The notes under the pieces were generated by a model. It searched no databases. It was not told the DNA's origin and saw only the letters and a program-made list of their open reading frames with translations. Made by a program: the position numbers and the translations under genes. Source: Epiperipatus broadwayi (taxonomy: Eukaryota; Animalia; Onychophora). Taken from it: DNA of 64,000 nucleotides. The stretch spans positions 3,348,001 to 3,412,000 of the forward strand of contig JAQFVV010000003.1 in NCBI GenBank assembly GCA_028023455.1. Direction: 5' to 3'. Position 1 is the stretch's first letter, and each line of letters starts with the position of its first letter. Positions 53,668-64,000 of the stretch are shown here, piece after piece.

Positions 53668-54046
53668 CAAGCATCTATTTTTATAGCGCGATGTTTATAA
53701 TTGTAATTCACTAAATATCAGCCTTTTACAGCTACTGTACATGCGTTTTAATGAGTGTTAAATAATAAATGAATACTTTTCAGTGCCCATACAAGATATA
53801 GCATTTAAGAAAGAATAAAATGAATCCACTTATTCTTTCCAAACCCAAATGTTTATATATGGGCAAATCTTAAGTACTGGCAAATAAAGCGTGAAGATAG
53901 ATCATTCACTTTAAATTATGGTTCGCGTTGTCTGACTTAATGACATCGACGAAATTACTTAGAATTTACTTAAACTTCACTTTCAAATGAAACTCAACAC
54001 TCATTAAAGCGCATGTACAGTAGCTGTAAAAGACTGATATTTAGTG
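53668..54046 (+). mobile_element. Family B monomer plus short inverted arm, 15 bp TSD
   Basis: aataacaatggtaat at 53653-53667 and 54047-54061. 53996-54047 is the reverse complement of ~53706-53760. Confidence 0.9.
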
Positions 54047-54301
54047 AATAACAATGGTAATAATAATGTCAAGTTTGGTGAAAGATCCATTTTAGTTACT
54101 TACAAAATTAATATTAACAATAATTTGCTTTTATAATATATAAATTCTATAAGACATTTCAAGAGAGTGCAGTTTCTGGCATTGTGGTTATTATTAATTC
54201 TTTTGAAATTGTGCCTTGTGCATAAATTTAATTAATTTTTTTTTAGCACTTTACTATCAAAGATGAAAATAAGCCTGTATATAAAATTAGAAAGACATTA
54301 C

Positions 54302-54381
54302 CTGGGTGACAGAATATGCTAAAGCTATAAATGATGTAACGAGGAGAACACGTCTTATACTTGTTTTGCTATCCAAATGAC
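54302..54381 (-). CDS. TPRA1: TPRA1-like exon
   Basis: tattttcag | (G)[26 protein letters not shown] | gtaatg; matches the TPRA1 signature GHLESKSSIKRVL..LAYSVTQ. 80 nt, phase 1/0. Confidence 0.95.
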
Positions 54382-55739
54382 CTGAAAATATACATTGTAA
54401 ATAATAAAATACTCATTAAATAATCTTATACATAATAATAATTAAACAAAACATTTGATAATGATAAAATAATAATATTAACAACATATTTATAATATAA
54501 TAGAAGTGTTTTTGACTATATTATTCATAGTTTTTATCAGCTCTTTAATAAAAAAATAAAAAATGTATGCTGGATTCCATATAATATAAATTTATTATTT
54601 GACTGCCACCAAATGACTTATTTAATTTACTAAATATAGTTACACACATGCATTATTCAAGCATTATCAAATACACGGAATATCCTTTATTTTTACATCT
54701 AGATAATCTATAATGAGAGAAGAAAAAAAATTACAAAGATGTTACAATCTTATGATGATTGTAACAATTAGTCCAACAATTTAAAGCTTCATTATCAGAA
54801 AATTTTACAAAAAAATAAAAAAAACTACAGAAAAATAAAAAAACAATTATAGATATTACATAATTGCAAACAAATGTTTATAGTTACCCACTTAATTTTT
54901 AATATAGAAATAAAAATGAATATAGTTCAAAAGTGAATGATCAATGAAACAATAAAAATCTAAAACTAGATATAAAACAAATCTGTATATACTCCATTGG
55001 TAATATCTTGTGCAATTTGAATAATAATATATAAAAATATTCTATGTATGACAACTTGATGGTGAAATATTGACTAGGTATTAAAAAAAAAAAGATTGCT
55101 TTATAATTTTCTAGTGCATAAAAATGAATTTCATATGTTCGATTGGCAACTTTAGCAAAATGCAAGACTAGATATATCTTCTTTTTGAATCATATATCTC
55201 TTTCTGCTCATAAAACTTGAGAATAATGGATGGCATTGAACAAAACTATCTGAAGCCTTAAACCTAATATCTGCCTAAAGTGAACAATTAGCCAAAATCA
55301 AAAAATCAACTACTGAATGAAAGTGGATGGACTGGTAGCTAAAGCTATAAAAACTGTCAGCTGAATCTGAAATAAATCATCAGCTGGCAACAACTAGAAT
55401 GAACTCATCTACAATCAAAGCTATATTAAGTAAATACATGCAATCAAATGAATTTACCCTACCAGATAATAAACTTGAAATTTGTAAGCAAACAATCAAG
55501 ATATTAAAAATGTGCCCACATTCAATAATGATATAGTATATAAATATATTCATCAGAAAAAAAAAAATCTTGATGAGCATATATTTTGCATAAAAAAAAT
55601 TAAATGTACTATGTCAGCAATTTTAAATTGTATATTCTAATTATTTTGGTTACTGTTATTTTATATTGTAGTGAATTTACTAACTTTATTTAATATATAA
55701 AATCATCCTGCAGTTGATATAGATATCAAAAATAGCATT

Positions 55740-56350
55740 TTCCCCCCACACAATAGAGCCATCTAGTGCAAGCTCTAGTAATTAATAGATGCCAGAAAGT
55801 TCTGCATTATAATCCCTATCTAATATTCTCTAAATAGTTTCTGGTTTATGGCGTTCATCAGAAAGAAGCCTTGTATATAGAGCAGTACACTTGAATCTTT
55901 GGATTTAAGACAGTCTTCCAGTATCCATCTTTTTACCTTTTTGGTTAACTAGAAAACTATTAGCCCAAATTGAAAACATAATAATGTTTAACAATTCAAG
56001 CTAATTCATTTGTATTCAAGACAAATGGCTTAAATTAAAAACATTACTGTGTTTTTAGTTTGGGCTAATAGCTTTATAGATAACCAGGAAGATAAAAGGT
56101 AGGTGCTGGAAGGTGTACACTAAATTCAAAGATTTAGGTGCACTGATTCAGATTTAAGACTCTTCACTGATGAAAGTTATAAGCTAGAAACTAGTCTGGG
56201 AATATTGGATAAGTAAGCACTGAATGGAGATTATAATGCACAACCTTTTAGCATCTATTGATTACTAACACTAGCAAAATGTGGTAATACTGTGAGAAAA
56301 AATTGCTACAGTTTTAACAGCTTGAGTAAGCATAAGAAAAGATGATCATG
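55740..56350. mobile_element. Family A fold-back pair (older minus copy plus plus-strand copy)
   Basis: ~55745-55975 is the reverse complement of ~56050-56290. Ends with ttaacagcttgagtaagcataagaaaagatgatcatg (family 3' end). Confidence 0.8.
56161..56202 (+). ncRNA. Minimal type I hammerhead-like motif with all conserved core nucleotides
   Basis: tcttca CTGATGA aagttataagcta GAAAC ta GTC tgggaa. Predicted cleavage after C56196; palindromic ACTAGT stem III; A.A apposition at the base of stem II. Confidence 0.75.
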
Positions 56351-56619
56351 CAATACTTTAATGGTTAGATATCAGAACTAATTCAATGTAAATTAGATTT
56401 AGAATATTAACTTTCTTTGAATAAAATTTGTATAAAATAATATGCACGACAATAAAATCATATTTTTTAAATGTGTGTTTGTTTGTATTTATAATGTTTG
56501 TATTTGTATTATTATTAATTGCATATTTATTTTGAATTATTAAATTGGAGTTATATATATATATATAATTAAAATTATCCCAATAAATCTAAAAATTTTA
56601 ATTTAAGAAGTCATTATGT

Positions 56620-57345
56620 TAAGAGTAAGGATTTAAGATCTATAATCAAATCTGATAGCTATTAATCTGTATCTCATAAATTATTGCCATAGAAATAAGA
56701 GATTAAAGAGTTCTAATAGGGTAATTTTGTTTCAAAAAGGTAAATTTTATAATGATTATTTGAATGTTGGCTACTCTGATAAATTTGTTACAAGTATTTT
56801 ATTTAATAGTAATTGTGGTGTTGTCAATAATTGTAATAATATGAAAGATAAAGAAAAACATGATTTCATTTCTTTGCTTTTTAAATTTTCTTCTTATAGA
56901 ATTGTAAATAACAATATTAATTTATTTGGAAATAAGAAAATTGCTTGGAAAAGGAGTATTACTTTGAATAATTTATTAAATAATACAAAGGAAATTTTTG
57001 ATAGAAAGACTATTCCTAAAGTAGTGTATATTATCCTTGTTTTGTAAGAAGTTATATATAGGCCAGAATAGTTTAAGCTTAAATTTAAAGAATAAAAGTA
57101 CATAAAAGTAGAGTTAGAAATAAATATCTTAGTTCTGCTTTATAAATACATAAAAGAAATATTAGTCACACTATTAATTTTGATAAGACTAAGGTTGTCT
57201 TTTTTGAAAGAAATGAAATAAAGAGAAGAATTAAAGAATCTTTATTATTAAAAATGTGTGATTCTGAAATAATTAATTTGTTTAAGAGTTCTTTTAATAT
57301 TAAGGATGTGTGGAATGTCATTGGGGATTGTGATAATAGTTAGTA
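56620..57345 (+). mobile_element. Penelope-like element ORF 3' part (RT thumb plus GIY-YIG endonuclease), decayed
   Basis: ..LNVGYSDKFV.. (NGY-like); VVYII(PC)..CKKLYIGQ across a frameshift (57021-57066); ..INFDKTKVVFFERNEIKRRIKESLLL (57175-57250). Confidence 0.85.
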
Positions 57346-58423
57346 TATATTTGTTGGTAAGTTTTTAGACCTTTGTATTTAAGAAATCTGCTTTTAGCAG
57401 TGAAATCAATGGTTGTGTTATAGAGTTCATGTTCTTTGGTTAGCCTGGTTTACTTTTGAAGTTGGGATAATTTTGATTATTTATTGACTAATTTAGCTTT
57501 CAGTTTTTCATGTTTATATATATATAATTGAGTGATTTATACTTTGTTTCTATGTTCTAAGAAGCAAGATATAGATACCCAGATAATGTTAAGAGAAATT
57601 AGATTCCAATCAAGTTTTGCCTTACACTGGAATCAATCAATCTAAAAAACTATATTATGGCATCCTTATGAAATAGTTTCATTTTGCAAACATTGTTTTT
57701 CTAAGTACTATTTTTTAGGTGCAATTGTAAAACTATATTGTTTACATATTTGGTAACCAAACTGTGAAGCATAAATAATTATCTCTAATTTATTGGTATC
57801 ATTATATATTTGACAATCGAATGTGAAAACTTGCAACCAAATAAAGGAATTCAGATGCTTTTCTTTTTGGCCAGCTATATTAGCAATAATCAATAAAATG
57901 CTTTAAATAAATCAATATATCTAAGAATCAAGAATTGGACTGATAATAATCATGGCCTAGAAAACCCCTGGATGAATTAATAAAAAAGAAAATCAAAATA
58001 TATTTATGAGTAGAGCATGAGAATAAAAAATAAAATAGCAGTTCAAATAAAAGCTAGGTTGAAATAAATTTAAAAAAGAGTTAAAGATATCTAAGGTAAT
58101 ATTAAAAAGTTGGTCGAAAGTTATTATCATCAGCTATTTACAACAAGTATGACCATTCCAACTCCCGATAATAATAAAAAAAGGAAAAATATATATTAAA
58201 GATGAGTTTTGTGATGACTATACAAACTATTCCATGAAATAGAAATAAATAACAAATGTTAATCCATTATTCTGATTGTTATTTTTCAATGTTGTCTTTT
58301 AACTATTGTAATAATATATAATTAAATACTTTTAAATCTAACAATGAATTAATTTTAGCTAAAAATAGTAAATTTATTTATTATTTTACTTATTAAAACA
58401 TAAAATGGGATAAACAATCTTAC

Positions 58424-58496
58424 CAAAAGCTAAACCAAAGATTATGACGCTCATTTCTGTACCCAACAAAAAAAACCTAAGAAGTAACCATAATAT
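58424..58496 (-). CDS. TPRA1: TPRA1-like exon (most 5' exon found)
   Basis: ttttgttttag | [24 protein letters not shown](G) | gtaaga; 73 nt, phase 0/1. Confidence 0.95.
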
Positions 58497-60568
58497 CTAA
58501 AACAAAACAATAAATGATATAGAAAAATCATGATGGTTTAAATGTATCTATGAATTTAAGTATATATAAATACACATACATATATGCAAGTACAAATACA
58601 TAATGTATCAGAGAATTGGTCACTGGATTATGAAGTTATATAATATTAGGAAGATAGAAGAAACATTAAAGAAAATTAAACTGCATTTACATGCATAAAT
58701 TATTGATCACATTCATTGAAATTCACATTCAAGAAAAATGCTCAAAGTATTCTCTGTTTTTTAAAAAAGTTCTACAAAAAAACTGCTTGCTTTCTACAAA
58801 ACATGGAACTACTTAACTGTGCTTTAAAAAATATTAAATAATTTTTCATCAAGAAAAGCTTAAAATTCTTTAAACAATATTGGTGATAGATATTATCTTC
58901 TCACTGTTCAAGAATAACTCACAAAGGAGCAATTGTATTTAAAATAAGCAACTGGTAAGACAATGAAAGATGCTAAATATCATCTTTGTATTTTTTAAAC
59001 TAATATATGACTGCAGGGCTACATCAATTACAGCATAATTATCTTGAAAAATGATTATTATTTTGAAACAATATTTCCATCAAATCATATCCCAAATTTT
59101 TTGTATAGTAAATAATTGTTTTAAATTCATCTTAAATAATGACTGAATTAAGAGAATATCATATGACTACTTATATCATGACAATTCCTTCATTATGTTA
59201 GACAATAGAAAAAAAATAAAATCATAATTAATCAATAGATGTCATGTTTCTATACCCAATGCCTACTTTTATTTCCTCGTTGTGACATTCCTATCAGAAA
59301 TATTTGAAATTTTTACTTGTGAAACTCATCAGAGAATACTTTGGTAACCAGAATGTTCTGATATGTGCTAACCACTGCAGCAATTTGTTCCACTAAAGCT
59401 TTGTTTTTATTAGTTAAAATTCTTTGTGTCATTTTCCAATCTCTTAAGTAAGCTTGAATTTTTTTTTAACCATAATTAGGATAAAAGATTAGGATTTCTC
59501 ATTTCTTGAAACATTAAACAGAATTCAGAAACTTTGAATATGGATGGTCCATCTAATCATGTATTTGTAACAATTTGATTCTTTAAATTTAAATATGCCC
59601 TAGATTTATTTTATATACTTATAAATTTGACATCAAAATTTCTATCAGATAATTAATATATTCCAGTAAAAAAAAAAAAAAAAGAATGCAGGGAGGGAAG
59701 ATATGTATTTTCGTTTCTATGCTATACCACAGGTTCAATTTTAATATGTAGTGGATAGATGTAGTTTTGGGTACCATAATTATAAAGTGAATGAAATCAT
59801 TTATATATTGTAAAAGACTCTTCACAAAATATAATAATCCCATAAATTTCAATGAATTACGTAAGCAATAAAGTTCCCTTGGGTTATCATTTTAAAATAA
59901 ATATTTAATCTGCAATGCTCAAATCAGCTCAAGGTTAGTGAACTTCATAATTCAGTGATCAATTTTAAAATATTTTACATCTATTATTTATACTTAAGCA
60001 TTATTAATACAGTGGTAACATCTATAAAAATAAGTCTAATATTGATGCTCTGAGCCGGACTATTCAGCATACTACTTGGGAGCCTATCATTCATAAGTTA
60101 ACATAATCAACATGAATTCTTGTCCAGGGATCATAAGAATCAAACCAATGATTGGTTTTCATTTAACTTATAATGCAAACGCTGATTGGCATCAGATATA
60201 GAATCTGGCCAAAATTGCTATTTAAAATTCTTAGCACTTAAATTTTAAATTATAAATAAAACATAACAGAATAAATAAATAAAAAAAATTTAATACTCAT
60301 TTTATTTAATTAAAAATGCAAATAGAGCATGTTAAAAAATATTACATTCTTAAAATAAGAGAGAATTATAAAAACAATAAGTGGATCTGAAGCATAACAT
60401 ACTCTTAATTACAACAATGCAGTATATTAAAAAAACAAATAATTCATTTTTAAACATAATTAAAAAATACTATTCAATTATTACAAACACACAGAAGAAT
60501 ATTGTTTTGATTATTCTAATTCTTTCTATCCATAACTTATTACACATAAATCCAACAGACTTTTTTAC

Positions 60569-60685
60569 TAAAACAGGCAAAACTCTCCATACAGTAGTGC
60601 CACTCAGTACCAGCCAGAGTGTATGGAGAGTTTTGCCTGTTTTAATAAGAGTTATGTGCAAGCATAAAAAATGGAGATCATGTGA
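60569..60685. mobile_element. Family A mini fold-back
   Basis: taaaacaggcaaaactctccatac (60569-60592) / gtatggagagttttgcctgtttta (60621-60644), then the 3' end ..gcaagcataaaaaatggagatcatgtga. Confidence 0.9.
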
Positions 60686-60699
60686 TGTTTAGACTTATT

Positions 60700-60960
60700 C
60701 ACCTTATTCATCCATGTCCCAAATGATTTCTTTTTAGGATTCTTAAAATTTTCAATTTGCCATACACCATCATGTCTTTCAACATTATATGCAGTACAAT
60801 TCCACTTAAATTTTTAATTTTTTTGGTAATAGTAATAATACTTTTGTTCTCCTAATCATATACTTCATTATTTTCAATCCCTCCTTGCTAATTCTTACAA
60901 AAATATTTCCATACTCGAATGTGTAGTCTTTGCATCATTTTTCCATTTAATATCCAAATC
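60700..60960 (-). mobile_element. LINE ORF2 3' end fragment
   Basis: Minus frame ..NCTAYNVERHDGVWQI..FGTWMNK resembles the post-zinc-knuckle tail of LINE ORF2. Confidence 0.35.
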
Positions 60961-63639
60961 TCACATTCATTATATGAGCATTGATGAAATATATTTATTA
61001 AAAACCTTTCTTTTCAATCATAAAGATATATATTCTTTAATTTTAATGCTAGATTATTTCTATTGAAGGCACTCAATCAAAAATTAATTCAAAGATTATT
61101 TTTATATGTTATTATCTCATTTATATTAATAATTCATCCAAAATATTTAAATTTATTTTTCTCATTATTTTCTATTTTGGAAACTAAATGAACTTCATAA
61201 CTTTAGTCTTTTTTAGCATTTAACTTTTTCTTGATATCAGCAGATAGTTTTTAACACTTACTAAAGTATTATTTGGGAAAACAAGTCTATTATTTGTAAA
61301 ATCTACATGATTTAAATAATTATTTATTTTTTAATTTCTTTGTATTTCAATCTGATAGTCAAAATAATTCATACAAAACAACTTTAAAAGTTTTTAGAGA
61401 TCCAACGACTACTATTGTACAGTATTTCAAAAACAATTCTTCACATTTTACAATAGTTTAAAATTTTAATCACAGCAAATATGCTTATAAAATAGATTTA
61501 TTAATATAGATGGAAGTGTAATAAATAAAATTAATCATAGAAATAAAAGTTGAAAGAAATGCTTTAAGTAGAAATAATCTCATATTAAAAGGAAACTTCC
61601 ACATATTTTTAAGTAATAAAATTATGAAGGAATTATATGTGCAGGTCTTTGGACTAATCACTTTAAGTTGTTTAAAATAAGAAATGATAAAAAACTCAAA
61701 GAAATGATAAACTGTAAATCAACTCAGCTATATAAATTATACATGTTATCTTAAATAATAATAATACAAATATACATATTCGCTCATTGCTTCCTCCCCA
61801 ATATTTCCTTATGAAGTTTTAGAATTTTAGAAATAAGTACTTATCTTGTGATAAAATGCTCTTTTAATATGAATACTAATTTTATCCTCCACCTATATAC
61901 CTATACAAAAATAGCTAAACTAATATAAATCAACTAATGAAAATATTCACAACATATTGAGAAGTTTCACAAACTGACAAAAAAAATCAATACTGTTGTA
62001 AATATGAGTCTATGGTCATGGAGATCAATGTACTCATTACCTCATGATAAGATCCTTATTATTCTTAAATGAAAAAAAAAAGTACAATAAAAAAGAATTA
62101 TCACAATGGACTAAAACAATTTACAATTGAATAAAATAAAAAACATTTGACTCACACATTTATATTCCTAATAAAAATTCTAAAACTTTACCATTTTTTT
62201 TAAATTTATTAATTTTCTAATATAATGAAAATCTATTACAAAAAATATATGGGACTTAACTTAATAAATACTCAACAAGAAATTTATAAATATAGAAAAA
62301 AACCTCACTCAACATGATTTTTAATGAATCTCACAAAAATAACATGTTAAATAAAATCATATTAGCGCAAACTATTTATCTGCAAAACATGCATTCAACT
62401 TTAGTTATTTTCAAGATGCTTCATTTTTTTTATTATTAACAATTCTAATGTTTATACAATAAATAATATGTAAATTATCTGCATTAAAAATATTGATATA
62501 TTTTTCTTTGTTATTATGGAAATCAATATCTTCAAAAATATATCAATTCACTCTATTCTAGAGCTATCTATTGTGAGAAAGAATAATGAGTAGACATAAG
62601 ATAGTACTGCTATTATACCTACATTCTTAAACTAGTTTCTGTCTTATAGCATCTGCCAGTGGAAACAAGTAATATTCTTTTTTTTTTTTTCATTTAAAAA
62701 TTTGAATGTTAAAACAATTCATGTTATTTTTTTTTTGTTATAATACTAAATCAAATTTGAGATTTTATTCATTTTAATGAATAAACCATGGCATAAAATT
62801 TTTAACTGCTCTAAATATTGTCTAAGGACTGATAAAGTTTAAATAGATTTAAATATTTACATTACAATAATTGACTGCTCTTTTCAGTTGAAATAGAAAC
62901 CATCCATCAAAAAAAAAAAAAAAATCAGATCTTTATAAAAATTAAGTTCATTTAATTTTTGTTTAATATTATATCAAATTCGATTTTTTTCCTTTTCAAA
63001 AAAAAAAAAAAGTTTGCATTTTTGTTATTTAAAATATTAAAAAAATTTTTTTTTCTTCTATTCCTTCTACATAATTTAGCTATTCTTATGTCTAAAATTA
63101 AATTTGCAATTACAGATCAGAAGAAAAAAAATCTGTAAAAAAAAAAAACTCTATAGCTTCAGAAAAACAATTCATTCAAAATATGATTAACATTTAAAGA
63201 AAAAAAAATTGTATGGTTAGTTGCTCAAAAGGTCGTGCGATGTTCAGACCACCAAAAATGACATTGACTTTCAATCCAGGAATCTTTAATTCTTAAGGTC
63301 TTTATCCTATCACTGTGCTAAAGCATAAAAATTATCCATAAAATTTAATTTTTAAAGCATATGATAGTAAACATTGAAAATTTTTAATTAAACTTGACAT
63401 AAAAATTTTTAAATCTTGAATATCAGAAACAAACAGTTGATATAAAAACAGCAAAAAAAATTAATAAAAAAAATTTTTTTTTTCATTAATAAACAGATGC
63501 TTTTAAAATTAACACAAAAAAAACTTTTTAATACTAAAAAATTTTGAATTACTAAGTAAATTTATACATAAAAATTAATAAAAAAAATACAATAAAAAAA
63601 GTTCAATTTAAATACTTTACATCATCAACATCATTACTA

Positions 63640-64000
63640 TAATAATTTTCAAACATTATCTCTTTGACTTTAATCTAGCTTCTCTGGTCTATTTTTTTTT
63701 TCTCCACATTACACCAATAAACTTTCATGTCTCATTCTACTCATAAATGATTTTTTTCTAGTTTTCTTATAACATCTTGAGATTCAATGAAAGTATTCTT
63801 TTATTTATCTATTGTCATCCTTATAATTCCAAACCAATTCTGTTTCAGCCATTTAATCTTTCAAAGTGGTCGTCAATAACTCTTTGTTCTCTCAACCATG
63901 TATTTTGTTTTGGATCCCTTTTTGTTAAATACAACATATATTATTCAATATGTTGTTGAATGGTCAACATTCTTTATATTTTTCTACTAAGAATCCATAT
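63640..64000 (-). mobile_element. RTE-like LINE 3' fragment, continues beyond the window
   Basis: Minus strand ..WLREQRV..IKWLKQNWFGIIRMTIDK.. (RTE K.K..W.GH..RM motif), then a KR/GRP-like region. Confidence 0.55.

Noticed and set aside
411-63959. Most short ORFs in the supplied track as genes
   Set aside because: They are low-complexity I/F/L/K/N-rich frames expected by chance in very AT-rich DNA, or antisense frames of LINE remnants. Only those cited above carry recognisable motifs.
58497-64000. Upstream TPRA1 exons
   Set aside because: No splice-bounded frame resembling the expected preceding segment was found; they probably lie outside the window.

Overview
Very AT-rich eukaryotic genomic DNA, most likely from an invertebrate metazoan (GT-AG introns, LINE and Penelope retroelements). 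No CRISPR, rRNA or operon structure was seen. One host gene can be rebuilt by hand on the minus strand: seven in-frame GT-AG exons (58496 down to 24887) encode the C-terminal two thirds of a TPRA1/GPR175-like membrane protein; its 5' exons were not found and probably lie beyond 64000. The rest is intron or intergenic DNA containing decayed LINEs (RTE; a CR1/L2-type element with PHD plus SGNH-esterase ORF1) and many short insertions with Penelope-type architecture (partial inverted arm, tandem monomers, 13-16 bp target-site duplications). Highlights: (A) an 8-locus non-coding family with a ~440 bp monomer carrying a minimal type I hammerhead-like motif (CUGAUGA...GAAAC-UA-GUC, palindromic stem III), resembling a retrozyme; (B) a second family of 294-337 bp monomers with no canonical hammerhead, including a very young 1.14 kb head-to-head tandem palindrome with a 13 bp TSD inside a TPRA1 intron; (C) a tRNA-derived head followed ~20 bp later by a decayed minimal hammerhead; and two Penelope GIY-YIG remnants that are candidate mobilising partners. 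All calls come from manual reading; no database search was run, and the boundaries of decayed elements are approximate.
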